From: an uncultured Oligoflexus sp.
GTDB taxonomy: Bacteria; Bdellovibrionota_B; Oligoflexia; Oligoflexales; Oligoflexaceae
Direction: 5' to 3'
DNA: 12,920 nucleotides
NCBI GenBank assembly: GCA_964236955.1
Contig: CAXSGP010000118.1
Span: forward strand, 1-12,920
Part shown: positions 1 through 8,484 of the stretch, piece by piece
Layout: each line of letters starts with the position of its first letter
How positions within the stretch are numbered: the first letter of the stretch is position 1
Translations under genes and position numbers: made by a program
Notes under the pieces: generated by a model
Databases searched by the model: none
Seen by the model: the letters and a program-made list of their open reading frames with translations, nothing else
Told to the model about the DNA's origin: nothing

Positions 1-1269
1 ACCGCGGCCAAAGACGCAGCGGCTGCAGTAGAAAGGCTTGTTGCAAAAAACCTTCAGTCCTATCCGACGCTAAAGGAAGTCGAAGCGGTGGTAGCCCAAC
101 GTCGGTATGAAACGGCAGCAGCTGAAGCGAGCTATCAGCCGAAACTTTCAGTAACAGCTGTTGCCGACCGTCGCGATGCCAAAGATCTCGATAGTGATGT
201 TAAAAGTCGAAGCGACGGCCGGGACGGCAATCTTATACTGAGGCAAAACCTCTGGCGCGGCGGTCAGGATGCCGGTCAAATAGAAATCGGCAAGCAAAAT
301 CAGGCTCTGGCCGAACTTAATCAGAGCCATGAAAGGGAATCTTTGAGTTTTTCGATTCGAAAGGCTGCGCTTGATTTTAATTTTCGTTCCCTTCGTCAAC
401 TAATCGAGGAGGCTTCTTTTGCAGATGCAAGCGAGCTACGAGGGCTTGCCGATCGCAAACTCCAGGCGGGCCAGGTCGGTAAAATTGATATCTATACGGC
501 GACCATGAGAGAAAGCTCGTCAAAGGCGGCGGCTGCCCGGGCTGCCATCGAAGCAAAGCAGGCTTATCAAAGGCTGCTTGCCTTAATCGGACCGCTTGGC
601 GGCGCTGAAGGCTCGGATGCAGATATAAAGCTTTTGAGTCTGCGAACCCTGCCTTACCCCGAGCAAACGCCCCCATTAGCATCCGGGAACGTGCTGACCT
701 TCGAAGAAAGAAATGCCGAGGCGATTCTGAAACGTGCTGACATCACTCTCGAGCAGGGCTATCACCAGAGATTTTTGCCGCAGTTGGATTTGGTAGGCCA
801 ATGGAACCGCTCGAAAAACAAAGCCAACTTCGACCTCAATAGCGATATTGCGAATAACAGCAATACCGCAGGTACATCTCTTCAGTTAGAGCTCAATTGG
901 ACGCTCTATGATCGCCCGGCCGATTATTTAATTCATGCCGCTGCCGCGGAGAAATCTCTGGCCGCCGCACAGGGCGCAACCGCTCAATATCGCAAACGAA
1001 TGGAAACCCAGCGGATTCAAACCTATGTGCAGGATCTCTATCAGAATCTTAAGACAGCAAATGAAGCCTACAAAGCATCGGGTCAACTTTATGATGCCCA
1101 AAGAAAATTATATGAGACTGGTGTCATTGGTATTCAGATTTTAATCGATGCCGAAGCCGAGAAAAGAGCCGCCCTCAGTGCCTGGCATCAGAATGTTTAT
1201 GAGCTTCAGTTGAATCTGTTAGCATGGAATGCTCTGCAGAACGGGTATTTGGCAAGCGGACTTCCATGA
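1..1269 (+). CDS. TolC-family outer membrane efflux protein (5'-partial)
   Basis: Frame 1 is open from base 1 (TAAKDAAAAVERLV...), so the start lies outside the window. Two OEP-like repeats: YQPKLSV...LRQNLW.GG and FLPQLDLVG...LELNWTLYD; C-terminal 'LYETGVIGIQILIDAE' helix is typical of TolC. Confidence 0.8.
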   Translation, partial: TAAKDAAAAVERLVAKNLQSYPTLKEVEAVVAQRRYETAAAEASYQPKLSVTAVADRRDAKDLDSDVKSRSDGRDGNLILRQNLWRGGQDAGQIEIGKQNQALAELNQSHERESLSFSIRKAALDFNFRSLRQLIEEASFADASELRGLADRKLQAGQVGKIDIYTATMRESSSKAAAARAAIEAKQAYQRLLALIGPLGGAEGSDADIKLLSLRTLPYPEQTPPLASGNVLTFEERNAEAILKRADITLEQGYHQRFLPQLDLVGQWNRSKNKANFDLNSDIANNSNTAGTSLQLELNWTLYDRPADYLIHAAAAEKSLAAAQGATAQYRKRMETQRIQTYVQDLYQNLKTANEAYKASGQLYDAQRKLYETGVIGIQILIDAEAEKRAALSAWHQNVYELQLNLLAWNALQNGYLASGLP

Positions 1270-1349
1270 TTCCGACTGAGAACGCCATAGCTTTTTGATT
1301 CAATGGTACTGGTTAGTGTCTGTCCGGAAATGGGGATGGCAAGGCGCGA

Positions 1350-1399
1350 GGCAGAAAAAAAGCGGAGTTTATTCCCATAAATGAGCATTTTTTTCTGCC
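1350..1399. repeat. Intergenic inverted repeat, possible terminator or regulatory stem
   Basis: Perfect 12-bp IR ggcagaaaaaaa (1350-1361) / tttttttctgcc (1388-1399), enclosing tttat-tccc-ataaa. Confidence 0.45.
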
Positions 1400-1530
1400 G
1401 ATGAAACGCAGCCATCGCCTTTTCCGGACTGACCCTGCTTAGCAGAGTAAAGTGGATTGTTGAGCCAGTAAAACTCAGTGAGTTGTTGCTGGGAATACTT
1501 CGATAACGCTCTCAATAGGATGGAATATCC

Positions 1531-2583
1531 ATGGTGCAGGTTTTTCGATCTAAAGTAACTAAGGCCCGCCCGAGAGACGATCAGCTTGGCTTTGGGCAGC
1601 ATTTTACCGATCATATGTTCGTCGCCCGATATGAAGAGGCAAGCGGCTGGGATTCGGGTCAGATTGTTCCATACGGTCCACTTGCGGTCGATCCCGCAGC
1701 GAGCGTTCTTCATTATGGTCAGGCTCTGTTCGAGGGTATTAAGGCCTTTCGGCAAAAAGATGGAACGGTGGCCCTGTTCCGCCCTCATTTTAATGCCGAA
1801 CGCATGCGGATGGGTGCCGACCGCCTCTGTCTCCCGCCGGTCGACGCTACTACATTTATCGAGGTTATCATTGCGCTGCTAAAAGAAGATATAGAATGGA
1901 TGCCCCGCTTACGCGGCACGTCAATGTATATTCGCCCGACTCTCATTGGGACTGAAGCTTTTCTGGGCGTACGGCCTTCCGCCCAAGCGACCTTTTTTGT
2001 TATTTTATCGCCGGTTGGGCCTTACTACAAGACGAGCTCGGTTTCCATTCCCATCTGGATTGAGAAAGACGATCTGCGTGCCGCTCCGGGCGGCCTGGGT
2101 CATACCAAGGCCGGTGCGAACTATGCTGCGAGCCTGAGAGCGGCCTTACGAGCCAAAGATCACGGATGCACGCAAGTCCTGTGGACCGACCATAGTCATG
2201 AATTCGTCGAGGAAGTGGGGACGATGAACGTTTTTTTCAGAATAAAAGACAGCGTCCTGACTCCTGCCTTAAATGGATCGATCTTGGGGGGTGGAACGCG
2301 CGCCTGTTGCATCGAATTATTGCAAGAGAAAGGTATCCCTGTCGAGGAAAGACCAATCTCGCTGGCCGAAATAGGCAAGGCCTGGAAAAGCGGCGAATTG
2401 CAGGAAGTGTTTGGCACGGGCACGGCGGCTGTCATCACGCCCGTCGATACTCTTGTTAATGATAGGGAAGTATGGACAATTGATAAAGGATTTGGGCCGA
2501 TCGCAAAATATTTATATGATGAAATTACCGGTATTCAAAGCGGTGAGAAAGTGGATCGTCATAACTGGCTTTTGAAATGTTGA
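1531..2583 (+). CDS. ilvE: Branched-chain amino acid aminotransferase (PLP fold type IV)
   Basis: LGFGQHFTDHMF, LHYGQALFEGIKAF, YIRP, catalytic Lys in 'TKAGANYAAS', EEVGTMN, EVFGTGTAAVITPV; AGGA upstream. Confidence 0.95.
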   Translation: MVQVFRSKVTKARPRDDQLGFGQHFTDHMFVARYEEASGWDSGQIVPYGPLAVDPAASVLHYGQALFEGIKAFRQKDGTVALFRPHFNAERMRMGADRLCLPPVDATTFIEVIIALLKEDIEWMPRLRGTSMYIRPTLIGTEAFLGVRPSAQATFFVILSPVGPYYKTSSVSIPIWIEKDDLRAAPGGLGHTKAGANYAASLRAALRAKDHGCTQVLWTDHSHEFVEEVGTMNVFFRIKDSVLTPALNGSILGGGTRACCIELLQEKGIPVEERPISLAEIGKAWKSGELQEVFGTGTAAVITPVDTLVNDREVWTIDKGFGPIAKYLYDEITGIQSGEKVDRHNWLLKC

Positions 2584-2714
2584 CCTCCTTCAAATTGCAA
2601 ATCCACTTGATTGTTTCGCGGCAAGCGGCTTGTATACTCCGTTCGTGGTCCTACAAAGATTGACTTGCAAGGACTGACAAAGAAAACCAAAACAAAAATA
2701 GAGATGAGGCTCGT

Positions 2715-3737
2715 ATGCATAAAAGCCTAGTATGGCTTGGACTATTAATGGCAAATGGCGCTGGGACTGCCTTCGCCGGGGACATCCTGGGGGGCGCCCG
2801 ATTTCTTGCACCACTCGATCTTACCTTCTATGTCGTCGCCGATACTCATGCTGATCCTCAGGAATCTTATGATCTGCGGGCGATGGCCCGGGTCATCAAC
2901 GCTGTCGGACGGGGTGGAACCTGGCCCACTAGCATCAATGGGCAAAATACTGACTTTGTAGGCGGTGCCATCGCCGAACCCAAAGGCGTTGTCTTTCTCG
3001 GTGACCTATCGGGTTGGGGCGTGGCACCGGCCGAGTTAACGACTTTCCAGCGTTATTTCCAAGCCGGCGCGTCAGTTGAAAGTATCCGCTATCCGGCTTA
3101 TATAGGGCTTGGCAACCATGATGTCGATGATGCCGATCGGCCGCCGGCTCTTTCCTCAGAATATCGTCAGGCCTTCTGGAATTATGTCGATAGTCGCCAC
3201 AGTGGCCCAAACGCTCCCGTTCCCGTCAGCAATTTTGATAGCGCCAGTCACAGCTATTCCTGGGACTTCGATCGGGTTCACTTGATTCAGGCGCATCGTT
3301 TTCCGGGCGATCAGGGGCATGGTCTTAGCTCGAGTGTGAAATTTCTTGGCGATGATCTTCAGAATCATGCAAGTGATGGTCGACCCGTTTTCATGTTCCA
3401 TCATTACGGAATGGATGAGTTTGGCTCCGAAGCACGATGGTGGAGCGAAACAGACCGCGCAACTTATCGCAGCACGATTAATGGTTTTAACATCGCTGGA
3501 ATCTTTGCTGGGCATTCGCATTTTGCCACCCAATATAACTGGGAAGGGAAGCAGGTCTTTCAAGTGAATAACGCCAAGGGCGAAATAAACAGTGGAAATA
3601 ACGATGGCCAAGGCTCGTTTGCCATTGTCCGGATCACTGACAATCGGCTTGATATTGTAACCTGCCGCTGGCTCGACGACGCAGGGCACTTTGAATTGAT
3701 CCAGCCCTTTTATAGTGGAGATATCCAAACCCAGTAA
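2715..3737 (+). CDS. Secreted calcineurin-like metallophosphoesterase
   Basis: Signal peptide-like N-terminus; metal-binding motifs ADTH, GD, GNHD, FHH and GHSH in canonical order; GAGG RBS. Confidence 0.85.
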   Translation: MHKSLVWLGLLMANGAGTAFAGDILGGARFLAPLDLTFYVVADTHADPQESYDLRAMARVINAVGRGGTWPTSINGQNTDFVGGAIAEPKGVVFLGDLSGWGVAPAELTTFQRYFQAGASVESIRYPAYIGLGNHDVDDADRPPALSSEYRQAFWNYVDSRHSGPNAPVPVSNFDSASHSYSWDFDRVHLIQAHRFPGDQGHGLSSSVKFLGDDLQNHASDGRPVFMFHHYGMDEFGSEARWWSETDRATYRSTINGFNIAGIFAGHSHFATQYNWEGKQVFQVNNAKGEINSGNNDGQGSFAIVRITDNRLDIVTCRWLDDAGHFELIQPFYSGDIQTQ

Positions 3738-3766
3738 GATAGGTGGCAAGCGATGAGGAGGCAGAC

Positions 3767-3993
3767 TTGCGAAAAATTTGTCGTAATTGTAACGTCGAGA
3801 AGGATGAGACGGAATTCTGGGTCAGTGGAAAATAGGAAAAATGCAAGGCTCCTGTAAGACCTGCAAACCGACCCTAAGGAAATCTCAGAGGAGGAGCCAT
3901 GGGCTCAAGCTTAGAAAATTAGGGCTATTATTATCAGCGCAAAACAGGAGATTGAAGAACAGTATACCGATTTATAAATTCGGCCCCTCGTAA
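3767..3993 (+). pseudogene. Frameshifted small CxxC...CxxC zinc-ribbon protein
   Basis: GAGGAGG (3755-3761) precedes TTG 3767: MRKICRNCNVEKDETEFWVSGK* (TAG 3833-3835). One extra A in the A4 run at 3829-3832 would continue as IGKMQGSCKTCKPTLRK... to TAA 3991-3993. Confidence 0.5.
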
Positions 3994-4146
3994 CGAGTCA
4001 AGAAGCGTCGATTTCGCGGTTCTGAGTTAAGTTCGAGAGCGACATTGTCTGAGCATTGGAATAATTCCTGCATAGCTTTTGTAAAGAACAAGGTCTTGTG
4101 AACACACGACTTAGCTTATTAAAAGTATGTAAAAGAGGTTTCCATT

Positions 4147-4812
4147 ATGACAAAAAGAACTTTATTTTTAGCGCCTTTCCTGATGAGTACAATCTCTCTT
4201 AGCAGTTTATCCCACGCACAGACGGCTGGGGCTTCATCCTCTCAAACATTGCCTCCCACAAGCAAGTCTCAAGCTCCAAGTACGCCATCATCGACTGATA
4301 CTGCAGATAGTTCTGGGAACAGCTCCAGGACTCCGACGGCCGCGACCGCTGCCAAGGTAACGGATCCTCAGATCGTATCGATTCTTATGGCGGTCAACCA
4401 AGGCGAGATCGACGAGGCCAAGGCAGCTAAGCACATTACAAAAAGTAAGCCGATACGCGATTTTGCCGACCAGATGATACTTGAACACAAGCAGGTCCAG
4501 GAGGATCTTAAAAAGTTTACGGCAAAAGCTAAAATAGTCCCCGCCGATGCCGAGACTAACACTCAGGTTAAAAAAGAGGTCGTTAGCAACATCAAGGAAA
4601 TGAAACGCATGAGCGGCAAGGTTCTTGATCGTCATTACCTAAGCGATCAGGTCGCTATGCATCAAAATCTTCTCGACCAGATCGATAACAGTCTGGTCCC
4701 GAGTGTTCAAAATCCTGAATTGAAGGATATACTTACAAAAGTGCGGGCTTCAGTAGCTATGCATTTAGAAAAGGCAAAAGCACTTCAAGAGAGCACGGGC
4801 GCGGCAGGCTGA
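4147..4812 (+). CDS. DUF4142-domain exported protein (ferritin-like helical bundle)
   Basis: Signal peptide (SHA|Q), Ser/Thr/Pro-rich linker, then 'TDPQI...NQGEIDEAK...FADQMILEH...DRHYLSDQVAMHQ...HLEKAKAL'; AGAGG RBS. Confidence 0.85.
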   Translation: MTKRTLFLAPFLMSTISLSSLSHAQTAGASSSQTLPPTSKSQAPSTPSSTDTADSSGNSSRTPTAATAAKVTDPQIVSILMAVNQGEIDEAKAAKHITKSKPIRDFADQMILEHKQVQEDLKKFTAKAKIVPADAETNTQVKKEVVSNIKEMKRMSGKVLDRHYLSDQVAMHQNLLDQIDNSLVPSVQNPELKDILTKVRASVAMHLEKAKALQESTGAAG

Positions 4813-4852
4813 TGGAAGTATGGGATTAGGTCTTAATAGCATTATATAACGA

Positions 4853-4883
4853 AGCAAAGGCAAATCTTAGCTTTGCCTTTGCT
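4853..4883. terminator. Probable bidirectional terminator hairpin between convergent genes
   Basis: Perfect 12-bp stem agcaaaggcaaa / tttgcctttgct with a 7-nt loop, between the stops at 4812 (+) and 4995 (-). No long U-tract. Confidence 0.6.
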
Positions 4884-4994
4884 GTCTTATCCGTCGCTGC
4901 GATTGCCTAGAGTCGATAGGGCTGGGAATGCCTTCACTTTGGTTTACAGCCGCAACACAGCCCTTTCGGGGACGGTTCCCTTATTCGACTCTGC

Positions 4995-5702
4995 TCAACG
5001 ATAGATCTTAGACCCGATCTGCAGTTCTTCGACCCAGATGATTTCGCAGGCTCCGTCTCCACTATCCTCGCGACTTGTGCTCGACACGGCTAATACTTCT
5101 GCGCCCGGCCCTAGAATTCGGACCAGGTATCCCGTGATGCGGACGAGGTCGCCCTTTTGCATCCAATCAATGGCTTTTGCCAGGTCTGGTCGGCCTTCGG
5201 CAGGAATCAAATGGAGGTTGCCCAGATGTGTCTGCACGTCGTGCTGGGTTACCTCATCCACTTGTTCATGAAAGGACCACATAAGCCACCTGGCGCTTTG
5301 TCGGAAAGATAGTTTCTTTTTGTATTCCTTTACGCGTGGGCCCCAGGCAAGTCCTAGATCCACTTTATAGAAGGGATTGGTGAAGCTCCAACGGTAGCTG
5401 GTAACCGCGATAGCCTCGCCTGTTATTTCAAAGCGGTGGGTTAATTCCAAACGAGAAAAATCACCTTCCCTAAAAAGCAGTCTGGAAAGAGGCAAAGTCA
5501 GGAGCTCTTGCTTGGGTTCGGGACCCAAATGGAGTGGAGCACCCGTGGCGGCCGACGATGGTCTTCGCCATAGCCAACTTAGAGCTGAAAATATTAGAAA
5601 GGCCCCGGCCAGGATGTGCCAGCGTTCCAGGCGGATTGGATCTTTTATTCTTCGACTGGGCCGTGACTTCTTCAACGATACTGTACCTTTGTAAGCGGAC
5701 AT
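4995..5702 (-). CDS. Membrane-anchored conserved hypothetical protein
   Basis: 235-aa ORF with one N-terminal TM segment and motif-like blocks DLGLAWG, NLHLIPA, GDLVRITGYLV, SSTSREDSGDGACEIIWVE. Confidence 0.75.
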   Translation of the reverse strand: MSAYKGTVSLKKSRPSRRIKDPIRLERWHILAGAFLIFSALSWLWRRPSSAATGAPLHLGPEPKQELLTLPLSRLLFREGDFSRLELTHRFEITGEAIAVTSYRWSFTNPFYKVDLGLAWGPRVKEYKKKLSFRQSARWLMWSFHEQVDEVTQHDVQTHLGNLHLIPAEGRPDLAKAIDWMQKGDLVRITGYLVRILGPGAEVLAVSSTSREDSGDGACEIIWVEELQIGSKIYR

Positions 5703-5772
5703 TCCCGACCGATTGATCTCTTTATTAGGCTAGGCAGAGAGAACTTGGGGCTTCCACCCTATTTCAGGAACT

Positions 5773-5794
5773 AAAAAAGGAACCTAAGTTCCTT
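5773..5794. repeat. Terminator-like hairpin; direct-repeat copy of 11050-11070
   Basis: AAGGAAC-CTAA-GTTCCTT preceded by A6 (a U6 tail on the minus strand). The 15-mer gaacctaagttcctt is identical at 5780-5794 and 11056-11070. Confidence 0.6.
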
Positions 5795-6046
5795 GGGAAT
5801 CCTTCGGCTTCAACGGAAAGCCTGCTTTTCAAGACTGAATGTTCAACTAGGAAAATTCAACAGTTGATGTCGAATTTTCATGTAATTGGGTAAACCATTG
5901 AAAATAAAAGAATATTTAGGATGCATGAGTGAAAGATCGAGTACACTTAGCACCTGCGGGGACGCATCGACATGTTAGGCCCCCAAATTTACAGCCATAT
6001 TTAGAATGACCTTACCCAGGCTTTGCGTATTTCCGAATTTATTCAA

Positions 6047-7342
6047 TCAAGATTTCTTAAATCTGTGCCCGACTTCAACAGCCTCGATTTTTAAGCGCTT
6101 AGGCACCATGTGCGGCTGCAATTTTTCTTTCAAAAAAAGCAAAAATCCTTCCTTATCAAACGTATCAACTGAGGTGGGTTGAATAGACATTTCTACGTGC
6201 TGCCCCGTTATTGGGTTGGGTCGAGACGTGACTTTCACCATCGAAACATTTGGAAAGGTAAGCGCAACGCGTTCAACTTCCGAAGCCATGAACTTTAAGC
6301 CACCCACGTTGATCACCTCACTGACGCGACCCACGACTTTGTAAGCGTCCCCTTCGACTTCTACGACATCTTTTGTGTTGTACCAACCGTCTGCATCAAA
6401 GGGGGACGGGGCATTCAAATAGCCCAGCATGCGTGATCGAGAGCGTATCTGTAGGATATTATCAACGACTTTTGTCTCAACACCCTCGCCTCCGATCTTC
6501 ATGAACAGACTATTTCTAGCCACCGATTTTGCCCTCACAATTCCGAGTTCGGACATTCCAAACGTTTGCCGAAAATCAACGTCTGGCAGAAGTCGACAAA
6601 GCTCAAAAAGGGTTGGTTGATCCATGCGTTCTGTGCCGTAAGTAATCACCTTTAAGGTGCCTGGAATTCTGTCCGGCACAGCACCACTCATCAGCATCAT
6701 GCGAAGAAAGGTTGGTGTTGTCGGAAGTAATTCAACATCGTATTTTCGGCACGTTTCAAGCACGGAATCCACGGTGCGTTTCTCCGGAGCCACGACAACG
6801 CCCTTATTAAAAAGGGTGTGAAGCAAAGTATTTATACCGCCGATGTGGTCGAAGAGAAGGAAGTTGATAGTTCTCAGGGTTGGCCTTGGTGTTTCAAATC
6901 GATCGAGAAAAAGCGTTAAATCATGAAGTATTGCTTTGGGTCGACCAGTGGTGCCAGAGGAGAAGAGAACAAGACCGGCATGATCTGCAGTTCTAAGACT
7001 TTCAATGAGATCATTTTTTGCAGAATGCTTTCGCAGGGTAACAACGTTGTTCTCGATCACGGCATCGACGAGTGCGGTTTCGAAAAAATACTCGTGCTCG
7101 TGCCGAGTATCGGTTGTCAACGGCACTACGGTGGTGCCGCGTTCGATTAAGCGGAGCAGTGTTAAAATGGAAGGCGGATTGAAATCGCCAATGATCGCAA
7201 CGACGTCACCAGGATATATTTGGGTCAGATCGACAGGCTCTTGCCTCTCGATCTGAGAGAATTTCAATTCGATCCCATTATGAATAAGAAAAGGGTAGTC
7301 AAGTCCCTTCCAGATCGTATGAAGTTTTTCTAAAATTTTCAT
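6047..7342 (-). CDS. AMP-binding (ANL) acyl-CoA/acyl-ACP ligase
   Basis: P-loop FSSGTTGRPK, FGMSE, GWYNTKD, GRVSEVINVGG. The ATG at 7342 overlaps the SDR stop (TGATG); GTG 7345 is an alternative start. Confidence 0.9.
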   Translation of the reverse strand: MKILEKLHTIWKGLDYPFLIHNGIELKFSQIERQEPVDLTQIYPGDVVAIIGDFNPPSILTLLRLIERGTTVVPLTTDTRHEHEYFFETALVDAVIENNVVTLRKHSAKNDLIESLRTADHAGLVLFSSGTTGRPKAILHDLTLFLDRFETPRPTLRTINFLLFDHIGGINTLLHTLFNKGVVVAPEKRTVDSVLETCRKYDVELLPTTPTFLRMMLMSGAVPDRIPGTLKVITYGTERMDQPTLFELCRLLPDVDFRQTFGMSELGIVRAKSVARNSLFMKIGGEGVETKVVDNILQIRSRSRMLGYLNAPSPFDADGWYNTKDVVEVEGDAYKVVGRVSEVINVGGLKFMASEVERVALTFPNVSMVKVTSRPNPITGQHVEMSIQPTSVDTFDKEGFLLFLKEKLQPHMVPKRLKIEAVEVGHRFKKS

Positions 7343-8019
7343 CACACACCTCCGACGTTAAGTACTTGACCGGAAATGGAATCACTTCGCTTGTCAAAGA
7401 GCAATTCCACCACGTCACTGACGGCATCGGGAGTGAACTGCCTTGGGATAATCTGCTGCGACACGATTTTTTGAATTTGCGCGGACGTAACGCCTTTAAG
7501 CAGGCTCGTGTCTATGGGGCCGGGTGCTATACAATTTACTTTGACATTGAAATCAGCCATCTCTCGGGCAAACGATCGTGTGAACCCTTCAACGCCTGCT
7601 TTCGAAGCCGCGTAGATCGATTCGCCCTTCAGACCTATGGCTACGGCGATTGTGGAAAAGTTTATTATCGACCCATCTTTGTCCCTTATAATAATCGGCG
7701 CAAAGCACTGACAGCAGTATATTGTGCCTAAGAGATTTGTATGAATAATATTAATTGATGTCTTAGGAGGGGTCGTGATGGCGAGATTCATAGAGGCAAT
7801 TCCAGCGGCATTAACCAGCCCTTGAATTTTCACGCCATCCTTCTTCAACTTTTGAGCCACAGCTTTGACTTCATCGTAGGATGAAACATCGCATGTCATC
7901 GCTTGGAAAGGCAAGCCCTCCACATTTCGCGCAAGGCCTAATACGTCAAAGCCTTTTGATATTAATCTTTCACAGATGGCTCTTCCGAGACCTTTACTGG
8001 CGCCTGTGACTATAATCAT
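7342..8019 (-). CDS. SDR oxidoreductase, FabG-like 3-oxoacyl-ACP reductase
   Basis: TGASKGLG, NAAG, YAASK, VNCIAPG. Likely start MIIVTG at 8019, overlapping the ACP stop (ATGA, 8016-8019). Confidence 0.9.
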   Translation of the reverse strand: MIIVTGASKGLGRAICERLISKGFDVLGLARNVEGLPFQAMTCDVSSYDEVKAVAQKLKKDGVKIQGLVNAAGIASMNLAITTPPKTSINIIHTNLLGTIYCCQCFAPIIIRDKDGSIINFSTIAVAIGLKGESIYAASKAGVEGFTRSFAREMADFNVKVNCIAPGPIDTSLLKGVTSAQIQKIVSQQIIPRQFTPDAVSDVVELLFDKRSDSISGQVLNVGGV

Positions 8020-8303
8020 TTTTTCGAATCCATTTGATCTATAAACTCTTGAGCCAACGAGCCCGCAGTTCTGAAAAACCCTCTCGACTTTGACATTGCT
8101 GCGTCTGACGTCCAATCAAAATCGAAGCCCAAGTTTGTCGCTTTATCCTCAAGCGCCAAACAAAGTTCTACCAACTTCATTGAGTCAAGTGACCCGCCGC
8201 CGCCGATAAGCTCAAGGTTGTCGGTGATAACGACCGACTTGTCGGCAAAAAATGAAGCTATGGCGATGAATATTTCCGACTTTATCGTTTTGTTATCCGG
8301 CAT
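8016..8303 (-). CDS. Acyl carrier protein
   Basis: 95 aa, acidic, with 'GSLDSMKLVELCLALED' phosphopantetheine Ser motif; AAGGGG RBS before ATG 8303. Confidence 0.8.
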   Translation of the reverse strand: MPDNKTIKSEIFIAIASFFADKSVVITDNLELIGGGGSLDSMKLVELCLALEDKATNLGFDFDWTSDAAMSKSRGFFRTAGSLAQEFIDQMDSKK

Positions 8304-8426
8304 CTTATCCCCTTTTATGGTGGAATTCACAGACGAGGAAGTTTAGAATCAAAAACTATATGCGAAGCTTTACCGCTCTCAACGATGCAAATGGAAACCG
8401 AATTTGTCTGAAGATATTGCAGTGAT

Positions 8427-8454
8427 AGTATAATGTATTGAGCTTTCTATGCAA
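8427..8454 (-). promoter_or_regulatory. Candidate sigma70 promoter for ACP-SDR-ligase
   Basis: TTGCAT (8454-8449), 16 nt, TATACT (8432-8427). Confidence 0.45.
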
Positions 8455-8484
8455 TAGAAATTTGATTTCGCAAGTCGATACTTA

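Noticed and set aside
8020..8115. Longer SDR start at 8115
   Set aside because: It overlaps the ACP gene. The Rossmann motif begins at ATG 8019, which is coupled to the ACP stop.
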